From Craspedostauros australis (Eukaryota): a DNA stretch of 37,160 nucleotides. Below the pieces are notes generated by a model. The model was not told where the DNA came from and made no database searches. It saw only the letters and a list, made by a program, of their open reading frames with translations. The translations under genes and the position numbers were made by a program. Below are positions 10,564 to 21,112 of this stretch, one piece after another. Each line of letters begins with the position of its first letter. Position 1 is the stretch's first letter. The stretch spans positions 1-37,160 of the forward strand of contig JALAGF010003637.1 in NCBI GenBank assembly GCA_030167865.1, read 5' to 3'.

Positions 10564-12093
10564 TTACAGACCACACCTTTGCTGTCCTTGCGGAGGTCCG
10601 TAGCGCGATGGGTAGACTGAGAAGCTGAGGAATGTGTTCTGAGCTTTCCGCAGGAACTCCACATCCTCGTCGCAAAATCGAACCATGTTGGGACCCGGTG
10701 GACTATCCACGAACGAGAATGCCCCGCGGAACCCCTCCGGTCCGACGTTGACGGGCGAATTCAGATGGGCCGGGATCACTCTGTCAAACGTCCATTCCGT
10801 CGTGATGTAGTCCAGCCATTCTTCCAGCTTTTCCGGCTCTCGCGACAGGATGATCTGCACGACGGTATAAATCAGCGGTTTCCCCTCGGCGCTGTAGGTT
10901 TCAAAGTCCAATGTTTCGATTCCGTCCGACTTCCATTGGTACGGCATCCACCCTCCCCAACCGTAGGGATAGGTGGGGGTGGAGAGCGCTGCCAATATCG
11001 GCTTGATGCCCAGATCGGCAATGCCCGATCCGGGAAAGAAGAAGTTGAAGAGCAGCACTATCCGTCTCCATCCCTTTCTGCGATTTTCCGGCGTGTCTTC
11101 GACCAGCTCGTCCTTGGAGTCGCGAGCATGGAACAGCAGCGCCCGGGTGTATTCCGGTTCCTCCGTCAGGATGGCAGGCGGTTCCCTGGTGACGGAAAAC
11201 ATGGCGTCGCAAATCATCAGGGTCTTGCTCGGTTTGTGAATCAACGCGACGTCCTGGTACTTGGATGCGGGTCCAGGCGTGACAGTGAGCACCTTGAAAT
11301 CGATGCTGTCTCCGAAGATGGTCCTCGTTGATTCCACGTCGGTCGGCAACGGTTTGGCCCAGCTCGGCAGGCCCAAGAATCTGTTCGGCAACGGCACGGG
11401 GAAGGAGTACTGCTGATCCACGATGTAAAAATCGGCATTCGGGAATTGGCGAGCAAAGGGCCCGGCGTTGACCTTGTGCTCCACAGCCACCGACGGCAGC
11501 ACGATGTGTCGGACTGGTCCGTGCTGCGCAATCAGTTCGTCGAGCAAAGCCAGGCACTCCTTCGTGGGTGCGACAGGTGCGTACACCAACAGACCACCAT
11601 CGACGGTGATGACCGTCATACGAATGGGGACCTGCACGTAATAAATGCCGATCAGCTGATCGAAGGTCCAAACCTGATTGGGCACGATCTCCTCACGGAT
11701 GGTCTTGCGTCGCGAGTAGGGTGCCACCGGCAGCGCGGGCCACAACGGCCATTGGCTATCGGCGGTGATCTCCGCGTTGGCCGTGAGCGGCGATGCTGTC
11801 AGCGCGGCTGCGCTTGCCGCGATGGCTGAAGCCTTTCCCATCGATCCGAACCATGATCGTCGGTCCATCGTGGCGCTCGTTTCGGTAGCACTCTCGATGC
11901 CGTCATTGGGATTGTCATGATCGGTGCTGGGAATGGCAGCTGTCACGGTCCTGCTTCCGGCGCTCCGTTGCTGCTTGAGTGATCGATGAGGACTGCGAGT
12001 AGTGCCGCTGAGTTGCTGCGGCTGCAACGCCTCAGATGGCGACATCATCGCCAGCAGGAGGAGCGCACATGGCAATGTTCTTGGCCGCGGCAT
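10564..12093 (-). CDS. DUF4336-family protein (cyanobacterial/plastid type), ~509 aa, with a complex N-terminal targeting presequence
   Basis: Mature part WPLWPALPVAPYSRRKTIREEIVPNQVWTFDQ...VPIRMTVI...GGLLVYAPVAPT...EHK...F.R.FP.A...IPAH matches the DUF4336 pattern as recalled. The first ATG is at 12093; the track start at 12108 is GTG. Confidence 0.82.
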   Translation of the reverse strand: MPRPRTLPCALLLLAMMSPSEALQPQQLSGTTRSPHRSLKQQRSAGSRTVTAAIPSTDHDNPNDGIESATETSATMDRRSWFGSMGKASAIAASAAALTASPLTANAEITADSQWPLWPALPVAPYSRRKTIREEIVPNQVWTFDQLIGIYYVQVPIRMTVITVDGGLLVYAPVAPTKECLALLDELIAQHGPVRHIVLPSVAVEHKVNAGPFARQFPNADFYIVDQQYSFPVPLPNRFLGLPSWAKPLPTDVESTRTIFGDSIDFKVLTVTPGPASKYQDVALIHKPSKTLMICDAMFSVTREPPAILTEEPEYTRALLFHARDSKDELVEDTPENRRKGWRRIVLLFNFFFPGSGIADLGIKPILAALSTPTYPYGWGGWMPYQWKSDGIETLDFETYSAEGKPLIYTVVQIILSREPEKLEEWLDYITTEWTFDRVIPAHLNSPVNVGPEGFRGAFSFVDSPPGPNMVRFCDEDVEFLRKAQNTFLSFSVYPSRYGPPQGQQRCGL

Positions 12094-12566
12094 GGAGCGA
12101 TATGGCACGCTACGAAGAACGTTGGGAGGACGTGTTTGGAGCGGAGAGTACGAGCCAGTGGAGCGTTTGTAGATTCAGGAGGCATCTTCTCTTCGTCTGT
12201 CTGCGAAATGATTGCTCAAGCCAGGTGTATGGTATGGGATGGTGTGCACTCGTACACATGTGATGGGTGGCGAAGCCAATGATGCATCGGTGATGTGTGA
12301 TGGCAGAATTGTTGATGGTTGGTCGTTGTGACTCAGAAAAATGAGGTAATGCGGGACTTAAGTGTGATACGGGACTAAATAAGGGGAGACGTTTCGCGAT
12401 CTTTTGATTCACATCTCACGTCGCCACATATTTGGTGCTGGGGATTGTGCGGAGAGCAAAGCAAGGCAAAGCAAGGCAAAGCAAGGAACAGCAGAGAGCA
12501 GAGAGCAGAGATAGACGTGTGCGAGGTACCCAAATCAGCGCTGCTGTGTCTTCTGCTCGTGCGGAG

Positions 12567-13622
12567 ATGAGGTTGCAGCTCAGAGGTGGTCGATTGAACT
12601 CCATCGTCGTTGCGATGATGTCGTCGTCATCGGCCCTTTCATCCAGTGCGGCGTTCTATCGCATCGGAACACCAGGCGTTGCGTGGGGCGATGCCGAGCG
12701 CACCCAATGGCGGGAACAGACCAAAGTACAGCGCTCGTACAAGTCGGAGGTGCTGGACAAGCTGAAGTCATGGATGAAAGACCGGCCCGATGGTCCATTC
12801 GATCTCGTCGAGTACGGATCGCTGTCGCATGACCCGCAGCGGTATCCGCTGGTCGCCGTCAAATCCAAGGCGTGGGACGAGGACAAACCCTGCGTGCTCA
12901 TCACGGGCGGCACGCACGGATACGAGACGTCCGGCGTGCAAGGGGCGCTCCAATTCCTGCAGTCAGATTTGATGGATGCGAAGTACGTTGACCGCTTCAA
13001 CTTCGTCATTGCTCCCTGCCTCAGCCCGTGGTCGTACGAGACCATCCAGCGTTGGACCTTCACGGCCGACGATCCCAACCGCAGCTTCCGGCATGATGAC
13101 GATGCGCAGCGCACGGAAGAGTCGAGGGCCTTGATGCGGTGCCTGCACGACGAGCTTTGCATCCCGCAGTGGATGTGCCACCTGGATCTGCACGAGACGA
13201 CGGACACCGACGCCACGGAATTCCGCCCAGCGCGTGACGCCAAGGAGGGCAAGGCGAAGTTCGTGCAGTCGGGCATCCCGGATGGATTCTACCTGGTCGC
13301 CGACGCCCCCAATCCTCAGTTCGACTGGCAGGCTGCCATCATCGAGAGCGTGCGCAAGGTGACGCACATCGCACCGCCGGACGATGCAGACGCCAACACG
13401 ATCATCGGAATGCCGGTTGTGCGCGAGGGCATTATCGCCGTCGACACGAGGCAGTACGGTTTGTGCGCATGCGTCACAAACGCCAAGTACTGCAGCACAA
13501 CGGAGGTGTACCCGGACAGTCCCAGCGTGACGGACGCCATTTGCAACGACGCGCAGGTTGCGGCGATTGATGGAGCGTTGCGGTACATCCTGGAAAATGA
13601 AGGGAGCAAAGAGGAACCATGA
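12567..13622 (+). CDS. M14 zinc metallocarboxypeptidase / succinylglutamate desuccinylase-aspartoacylase-like protein, ~351 aa (alternative starts 12615/12618)
   Basis: M14 motifs GGTHGYETSG (HxxE), DPNRSF, HLDLHETTD and TTEVYPDS. The N-terminal YRIGTPGVAWGDAER resembles proteobacterial M14 homologues. Intronless. Confidence 0.87.
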   Translation: MRLQLRGGRLNSIVVAMMSSSSALSSSAAFYRIGTPGVAWGDAERTQWREQTKVQRSYKSEVLDKLKSWMKDRPDGPFDLVEYGSLSHDPQRYPLVAVKSKAWDEDKPCVLITGGTHGYETSGVQGALQFLQSDLMDAKYVDRFNFVIAPCLSPWSYETIQRWTFTADDPNRSFRHDDDAQRTEESRALMRCLHDELCIPQWMCHLDLHETTDTDATEFRPARDAKEGKAKFVQSGIPDGFYLVADAPNPQFDWQAAIIESVRKVTHIAPPDDADANTIIGMPVVREGIIAVDTRQYGLCACVTNAKYCSTTEVYPDSPSVTDAICNDAQVAAIDGALRYILENEGSKEEP

Positions 13623-14199
13623 TACTACTCATCATGATGGAACTCGATACCATGGAGAATGGGTTGTCAACGAATGCTGGGACGAGGTATGATATGCTCT
13701 GCTCTCTAAACTATTATATTAAATTATATAATATATCATCAGAGTCATATAATCGATGTCATAACGCGTGCAACAACAGGTATTTCATGTCCTTCACGTT
13801 TGCTTGTAAAATATTTTGCCTGGCCGTCTCTCGACCATTTGTCTGTGTGCGCGTTGTTGGCGAAAGATGTCGTGTTTGTGTGTGTTTCTCAAAGAGAAAC
13901 TGCCTGTCTGTCTGAATCGCCGAATTGTGACTGTCTTCGCATTTGTCAGATTGAATTTTTGGCGCGAAACGCGAATCTCATCAGGAGGCGCATCCTCCAT
14001 TGTTCGTTCGCTCGAGAGAGAAAGACACAATGTGCTCCTCTTGCAGTTGGCATCCAACCTGCTGTTTCCATTGTCATACGTGCACCATGCACAACTTGAT
14101 ATTGATTCCAGGATCCGCGCAACGCATTCCTTTCATCTCTTCCACGTAGTCTGATTCAAATCAAATGTTAGTAAATCAAATCGATTCCGTCGGTTCCAA

Positions 14200-15012
14200 T
14201 CACAATTCCCCACCGATCAAAAAGACGACCATGGAAGTCATGGCCTTATGAATTTGCTGCTCGATCAGTTTCATTCCCAACAACAGCAAGATGGAAACGG
14301 CGGTTGCCCAACCCGTTCCGACCTGCTGCTGCAATGCCCGAAAGACGGAGACGACTCCCATGATGATGCATTGCAAGGCATCCGCGATGGGCTCGGAGAG
14401 CCGTTCGAAGTAGGGCCGGCGTCGTTGCTTCTTCGCGTTTGTCATGAGAATCGTGTAGGGAGAGTGGCGTTGTTGCTGCTGTCCGATTGCAGTGTGGTCC
14501 GGTTGGATGAGGTTGGCCACGATCTCTGCCATGTGGTTGGATTGCGAACAGACCTCATCGACAAGAGATCGCTGATGCAACGATTCGTCGACGGTGGATG
14601 GCGTCGCGCTGTGTTGCGACATTGAACTCGATGACGAGATGATCTGCCCCGCCCATTCGTCGTTGGTGACGACCTTTTGCTCACGCGTTGGCGACTGCTG
14701 CCGTCGCGTGTAGTGCTCCACGATCTGCTTCATCTCGATGGCGTTGTATTCCGCGAACGTGGCGTGGTTCCTGGAATCATGCACGACCTTGGATGTGTCG
14801 TTGGTGCCGATGGTGTGATGGTCGTCGACCCATGTGAGCGTCGTGGTCTCGTCGAACTCGGCGCGGTTGGGGATGTGCAACGTCATGATGCAGGACGTGT
14901 CATCGTGACCATTGCCGTTGGCGTTGTTGTCTGCAGTGGCATGCATCTTGCGTAGTGAAGGGTCGGTGCAGGATAGGCACGATGGCGATTTCAAGTTGGC
15001 GGTGTCGATCAT
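14200..15012 (-). CDS. Hypothetical protein, 270 aa, hydrophobic C-terminal segments
   Basis: ATG-initiated ORF with coding-like composition and no recognisable domain. Confidence 0.45.
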   Translation of the reverse strand: MIDTANLKSPSCLSCTDPSLRKMHATADNNANGNGHDDTSCIMTLHIPNRAEFDETTTLTWVDDHHTIGTNDTSKVVHDSRNHATFAEYNAIEMKQIVEHYTRRQQSPTREQKVVTNDEWAGQIISSSSSMSQHSATPSTVDESLHQRSLVDEVCSQSNHMAEIVANLIQPDHTAIGQQQQRHSPYTILMTNAKKQRRRPYFERLSEPIADALQCIIMGVVSVFRALQQQVGTGWATAVSILLLLGMKLIEQQIHKAMTSMVVFLIGGEL

Positions 15013-15653
15013 TCTGAAGTGATGATGATGCCGATTGTGTTGTTGATGCTGATGTTGATGAAGTGGAGGGAGTTTGATGCACAGCGCAACGAAATGGAAT
15101 GAAACGAGCTTGCTGCTGCTCTTGAAGGAACTCTGCAGTATGATGCCAACAACAGATCGCGCGATCGACGAAGATGCAAATGAAGAATGTTACTCTACAA
15201 ACAACAACACTGTTCTTGTCGTCCTGTGGTGGCGTGAGTCATCGCCGGATTTGTGATGTGCTCGATTTGGCGGAATGAGCGAACGGAAATCTTTTTTGGG
15301 GAAGCCGATAACGACAACCGTTAAAATCTACGTTGACACGCTAACGTAACGAAGATAGTGAGGAGTTGGCAGCATACGAGCGAAGGACGGACGCGGTCTG
15401 AGCATGCCAAAGATACGGGTTCACGTATCAAGACGAGTTTCCTGGTCGCAACCGTGCACATGACGACCTCAATGACAACATGTTACAACTACTCTGCTCC
15501 TGTGCAATACCAGTACGAATGCATGTAAAATACAATTTGTTTGCTGTTGTTGCTAAATTGATTGTCGCGTTTCATGTTACTGTAATACTGTTGCCTATCG
15601 CACTTGCGCACGATACGATACGATCCGCGCATGGCGCTGTATGCGATTCGATA

Positions 15654-17072
15654 TTACTTGGTCGGCAGCGGCAGCAGAAGATCGATCTCCTCCTGCGGAA
15701 TACCCAGCTTGACGAGTTCTTTGCGCCGCTTGAGGAGGAGGACCTTGGCTTCGATATCTTCCGTGGAAGATTTGTTGGTGCGTTTCTTGGTGCGCGTTTT
15801 GGATTTGGAACGTGATTTGGATCGTTTGGGTGTCTCGTCTTCTTGCTGCTGCTCACGCAGATGGCGCTCCGCCATGGATTCCTTCCTGAGGCTTTGGGAG
15901 CGCTTCTTGGGACCGCGCTTGGCCGGATCGTCGGCGGCGTTGTCATTGAGGTTCATCTCACCAATGTTGGATGCGATGTCGTTGGCGTGGATATCGTCGC
16001 GATCGGTGTGAAGGGACTGATCCAGTTGCGAGGCTTCGGCTCTTGCCGCGGCCGCACGCCGGCTCATGGGACCGATGCTTTTGCTACGGCCCTTTTTGGT
16101 GACGCGAGCGGCGGTGCTCATGCGACGGTGCTGCGACTGCGCCCGCACGGGGCTGTTGGCCACGAATGACTTCTTGCGTCCCTTGGGGGTGGTGGGGGGC
16201 GGCGTGCTGATGGGCGAGCGATGGTGGTGGCTGGAGGAGTCCATGGAGAGCGGCGGCGGAGGCGGTGCCATGGTCATGACATCGTCCAGGTCGTCCTGGC
16301 TGGAGTCCCCCGTTCTGTAGCTGTGGGCAATGTCGACGTGGCTGATATCGTGGGCGGCTTCGTTGGCGTTGCCGTGCAGGTTGGACTGCTGGTGCTGTCC
16401 CCTGTGCCTGGTGACCTTCCTCTTGCCGTGCTGCGATCTGGGTGAGAGCAAGGCCGAGTTGGCAGAGCGATGGTGGGACGAGGAGGACAGCGGCGGAGCG
16501 GAGATGCCTTGCGATGCGGGAGGCGTGGCCGCGGATGCCTCAGTGGAGCCATGGTGCGAATGATGCATGTCCTTGACCTTCAGCTTGAGCTTGCGCTTGG
16601 CCGACTTGGGCGTGCGTCCGCTGGTGGTGGTGGTCGGCATGGAGCTGGGCGGGCTGATGTTGCTTGGGTTGTGGCGGCCGCGAGTCATGCTCTTGCGGCG
16701 CTCGTTGGATGGCTTGCCGTTGACGAGCTTCTTGCCGTTGACCCTGACGGGCTTGGCCGACACGCTCTTGCGCTTCTCCAGCTGCTTGGGGATGCCCGGA
16801 GACAGCAGCTTGAAGAACTTGCTGGGTTCCTTGGTGTTGGCGATCTTGAAGTTCTTCTTCGGCTTCTGGCTGGGCGTCGCCGGGGCTTGTTCGACCGCCA
16901 TGTTCATGCTGTTCTTGTGACCGACGGTGGAACCGGAATGAGTTGTGAAGGCAATGTGGGTGGTGGTGGTGGGAGAGGAGACTGGAGGCTTGTTGCCTTT
17001 GATGCTGTGTCTGCCTGTTTGAGCGGATGTATGTGGTGGTTGTTGTGTCTCTTCGGTGTAATTGTAACGCAT
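15654..17072 (-). CDS. Hypothetical basic, S/K/R/H/P-rich largely disordered protein (start 17072 or 16907) with a short helical C-terminus
   Basis: Long ORF with strong C/G third-position bias from about 16907 downward. Ends EDIEAKVLLLKRRKELVKLGIPQEEIDLLLPLPTK. Start uncertain. Confidence 0.62.
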   Translation of the reverse strand: MRYNYTEETQQPPHTSAQTGRHSIKGNKPPVSSPTTTTHIAFTTHSGSTVGHKNSMNMAVEQAPATPSQKPKKNFKIANTKEPSKFFKLLSPGIPKQLEKRKSVSAKPVRVNGKKLVNGKPSNERRKSMTRGRHNPSNISPPSSMPTTTTSGRTPKSAKRKLKLKVKDMHHSHHGSTEASAATPPASQGISAPPLSSSSHHRSANSALLSPRSQHGKRKVTRHRGQHQQSNLHGNANEAAHDISHVDIAHSYRTGDSSQDDLDDVMTMAPPPPPLSMDSSSHHHRSPISTPPPTTPKGRKKSFVANSPVRAQSQHRRMSTAARVTKKGRSKSIGPMSRRAAAARAEASQLDQSLHTDRDDIHANDIASNIGEMNLNDNAADDPAKRGPKKRSQSLRKESMAERHLREQQQEDETPKRSKSRSKSKTRTKKRTNKSSTEDIEAKVLLLKRRKELVKLGIPQEEIDLLLPLPTK

Positions 17073-17441
17073 AGCTGGTGTCTGATGATCTTCTTCGCTT
17101 TGCTTTACTTTGGTTTGCTTGTTTGGTTTGGTTTGGCCGGTGCGATTGTTTGTGAGTATGGAAGTCGTTGATGCGCGCAACAGCTCCGAATTCAATTGTT
17201 TGGCGCGAGAGTTGGCGCGATGCAACGTGGACAATGCAATGATGTGACGAAAAGGCGCCTTTCTTGGTTCCTCCGTTTCTCGTGTCTGGGTTGTGCTCTT
17301 TTCTTTTCTTGGTTGCTGTCGTTGGTTGTTGATGGTCAGTTGTTGACGGGAGATCTGTTTACGCTTTGACTACTTTGGCTCCTGTTGCTGCTGAGGTGCG
17401 GAACTACTATACGATTCTTCTGCTCTTCTTGATTCTGAGAG

Positions 17442-17509
17442 TGCTGATGGTGTTTGCTGATGATTGCGTCTGCTGATGGTTGCGTTGCTGATGGTTGCGT
17501 CTGCTGATG
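17442..17509. repeat. Imperfect minisatellite, ~15-16 bp unit TGCTGATGGTTGCGT(C), about 4.5 copies
   Basis: Read directly from the sequence. Confidence 0.75.
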
Positions 17510-18705
17510 CCACTTCGGGTCGGGTAATCTGTTTGCCTGCGAGAATTGTGTCGGAAGAGGCGGTCTCTGCTGTCGGAACCGAATGAGTTCCTCCACCTGT
17601 CTCCGCGGCATGTAAAGGAATGCAGAGGTCGATGTTTGTGTTCGAATCAAATAGAGTCAAGCACCTCCACTGCACCTCCACGACTGTGTGGTTTGATTGT
17701 GTCGGTGTCGCATTCTTTTGCGTCTTTGCTGCGCCTCGTCTGGCGCTTTTGTTGTCGTTGGCGCGCGTCGTGTCTGCAGTGATCGTGGCAGGTGTCAACG
17801 CAGCATTAGTCGGTACTACCACCGCTATCAACGTTATGCCCATTCACACACGCACTACTACCAGCCAAACAAGCGAAACGCACTTGACACAATCACACTG
17901 GTACTGGTACAACGTGATGCTGGTGAAACAAGAAGACCAGTGAGTTACCACCTCGTGCACGAGCTCCACAAGTCAATCACTATTCTTCCTGACTCGGTAC
18001 TGACCCTGTGTCATGCGCCGCTTCAGTTTGTCTTGACAGAATCATTGGGTATCATTTCATGTCACGTGAGACAGCATCACTTAATAAACCGTGAATGATA
18101 CTACCTCGGTGGTATTTTTGTGGTTCTGTCATCAGCACAGCGAAGGGCACAGACAGAACTTTGCCAAACTTGTACCGGTTTCACCGAACAACTTAGAAAA
18201 ATGAGGTCTCGGCGGAACTGGACCAGCTGTTCTATGTGTGACTGTGCAGGGTTGGCAACTCTGTGTCAAGAAATGCCAACAGGCAACGTCGTCGCGTCCA
18301 TCGCTCGCTGTTGTGCTGGATACGGGAGAGAGGTTCCTTCATCTCTGTCACGGCATCATCCTCCTTGGCCTTCATCCCGGTATTCGTGCACGTATGCATT
18401 TGTGCATTGCTTCATACGAATACTCTATGCAGGACGGGACTGTACCTGCAATGTTCTCTGTATGGGATTGGCAGCAGTATCGTTCTCCTGTTCGCGTCAT
18501 TCATTTCTGCGCATGGGGACAGCATTTGACTTCGGCTTCGTTTCGGAATGCGTGACGCCCCAACTTATCGGCTCTCCCAAAAGTAAAATCTGTGCCTGTT
18601 GGGTGATAATTCCACCATGTTCCTCTTCACTCTCTCCTTCCACAACATGCCCATTCCCTTCTCTTGCTCTCTCTCTCTCTCTCTCTGTATCCTCGGATAA
18701 TAGCT

Positions 18706-20493
18706 TCATCCTCCCCGTTTCGGCGCCGCCGCAACGCCGTTGCTGTATCCGTAGGTCTGCTTCAAATGCGCTTCGAATCGAGGCAGCGCCGTGCGTTGGT
18801 TGATCCTCGTCTGACGATTGGAAACGGACGAGACATGCGGAACATGCACCACCCAGACGGTGGGTGGCAGCACGCCAAATTTGTAGTTTGACAGATGCAC
18901 CTCCAGCACCCACGCGACCTTGTTCATGCCGTAACCGCGAAAGTCTTCAAAGTAGCGCGGCAGCAGCACATGCTGCTTGTCGTTCGGAATGACGCCGAGC
19001 AGATAGGGTTCGAACCACATGGCGTATTGGATGGGATACCACAGTCGCCGATCGGTGTGCGACAGCGTGGGTCGCAACGACGTCCATCGCGTGAAGTTCG
19101 TGGGGCCGTGGCCTTCCGGAAATCGTTTCTTGTGAAAGGAATGAAGGTCGTCGCTCTTGAGCTTGTCGAAGAGATCGATCGTGGCATGCGGCAGCGCGTG
19201 GTCCGTCGCTCTGCCTCGTGCCTTGCGTTCGCGCAACGCAAAGGCGGGCAGCACCATCATGCGATGATTGTGCAGCAGTTCCTGGCGGACCGTCGTTGCC
19301 TGCATGTTCTTTCTCTTCGCGTCGCTGCCCTTCAATGGATTCTCGTCGCCGTCATCCTTCAGCAGTCGCTGCAGTTCTTGATGACAGTACCACGACGGAA
19401 TGAAATCCACATCGATCGCCACAAAGAAGTACCGCCTTCGTTGTTGTTGTTGTTGTTGTTTGGAATGGCTCTGGTCGTGCTGCGACAGCGTGCGCACGTG
19501 ATCGAGAGCGACGTTGCGCAGGACGTTGTGTGGATACGCCAACGATTGGTCGGACGGTGAGACCTCCATGACGACATGGAACGAGATCCATTGCGACCGT
19601 CTCAGCGCGATCGTGGCTGGCAGCGCCTGCGACAGTTCTTTCCAAAAGGCAACGAGCTGCGCAATGTGATCCCGAGTGGAGACATACACGGCCACGGAGA
19701 TGGGGCCGTCATGCCACCACTTCTGCTGTATCCGCAGCACGTCGATGCGTTGCATGGAGATGTGAGATATCAGCACAATGTCGTCGGGATAGTCGTAAAT
19801 GCGTTCGTCGTTGTTGGCGTTCCTGTGCAAAGTATCTTCTCGATTGAATCGGAAGACGTTGGAGAAGCATTTCTGGATGTACGGCGTGCCGTCGTAGTAC
19901 CGAATATCGGACGTTGATGCCGTGCCTTCGAGCTGCTGCTGGGCCTCGCTGTAATGGCGCAGCAAGTCCGCCTCGATGGCATCCAAGCTCGATGCTGGAG
20001 TCGATTGGCTGAGTTGCTCGAACACAGACTTGGATGTGCCCCAAGAGGAGAAGGAAGACGAGAAGCTCCAAGATCCACCGTTGAAGAATGATGACGTTGA
20101 CGAGGATGTTGACGATATTGGTAACGTCACATTGCTCCCGTAGTACTGCTGCATCCCAATGCTGCCGCTGCCGCTGCCGCTGTGACTGTTGACGGAAGCG
20201 TCGGCATCATGAACTCTCATCCCCACATTCAAATCCACACCATACCTGTTCTTTGGCAGGAAGAGAGTATTGTTAGCAGTGACGCAAAATGCGACGACGA
20301 CCAACACCAGCGATGGGATGTTGAGTCGTCCACAGCTGCTCCTGTCGAACGGGACGAAGGAGAATGGATGACGGCGCTGTTGCTGCCTCAACGGTATCTG
20401 CCGATCGGCAGTCGCTGTCATGAACCATCTCAAAAGTGCGTCTTTGCTGGATGCGCCTTTGCTAATGTTGCCACCTCCTGATTGGAACTTCAT
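18706..20493 (-). CDS. Glycosyltransferase family 49 (LARGE/B4GAT1-like), type II membrane protein, ~595 aa
   Basis: Motifs YPHNVLRNVAL, IDVDFIPS (DxD), VLPAF, GHGPTNFTRW, FEPY, PRYFEDFRGYGMNK, FGVLP..WVVHVPH. N-terminal TM IPSLVLVVVAFCV followed by a Ser-rich stem. An upstream in-frame ATG at 20622 is also possible. Confidence 0.87.
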   Translation of the reverse strand: MKFQSGGGNISKGASSKDALLRWFMTATADRQIPLRQQQRRHPFSFVPFDRSSCGRLNIPSLVLVVVAFCVTANNTLFLPKNRYGVDLNVGMRVHDADASVNSHSGSGSGSIGMQQYYGSNVTLPISSTSSSTSSFFNGGSWSFSSSFSSWGTSKSVFEQLSQSTPASSLDAIEADLLRHYSEAQQQLEGTASTSDIRYYDGTPYIQKCFSNVFRFNREDTLHRNANNDERIYDYPDDIVLISHISMQRIDVLRIQQKWWHDGPISVAVYVSTRDHIAQLVAFWKELSQALPATIALRRSQWISFHVVMEVSPSDQSLAYPHNVLRNVALDHVRTLSQHDQSHSKQQQQQQRRRYFFVAIDVDFIPSWYCHQELQRLLKDDGDENPLKGSDAKRKNMQATTVRQELLHNHRMMVLPAFALRERKARGRATDHALPHATIDLFDKLKSDDLHSFHKKRFPEGHGPTNFTRWTSLRPTLSHTDRRLWYPIQYAMWFEPYLLGVIPNDKQHVLLPRYFEDFRGYGMNKVAWVLEVHLSNYKFGVLPPTVWVVHVPHVSSVSNRQTRINQRTALPRFEAHLKQTYGYSNGVAAAPKRGG

Positions 20494-21112
20494 GGCGATG
20501 TATAATACAACAGTAGTTGGTGTTTGATTGCTTTGTGTGATGTCGTTACGTGTGATGTTGTTGTGTGCTGTGTGACGTCTTCTCTGCTGTCTTTCGCCTG
20601 GCCATGGTGTTATGGTATGCATCTCTGCCTCAAATCATGTGGCTATTGATGCCATGATGTGATCAATGGTGGAGCGCGATGAGTGGGTGATCAATCAATC
20701 AATCAATCAATCACAGAGATGCAGACATGCGAACACGGTCCGTTGCAGGTTCGTGATTTGGCTTCAACCCGGCAGAATTATAGCCCGTTCGCAACGTGCA
20801 TTTGTGTCACACACACTTCGTTTTGGCGCCATTTGTTTGTCACTCCTGTATGACTCAATGCTCGTGACTCGATCTCCTCCCAATCATGGGACTCTTTGTT
20901 GCTGGGAAATGTACGAACTTTGAGGCAAGCACAACTGGAGAAAGACGCAGAGCAAGGTCTTTGAATCTATTCTCCTCGTAGCTCGTACTCGACATATTAT
21001 AGAATACTTCCACCAACACTTGCAACGAGATGCGAATGTTGCTCTTTGACGAGTGTGATCGGCGTATTATGCTATGCGAGTACTCTACTTGTGTCAAACA
21101 CGTGCGCGACAT

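Noticed and set aside
18238-18555. VVLDTG as a retroviral protease motif
   Set aside because: Short ORF with poor motif context and no gag, RT, integrase or LTR nearby.
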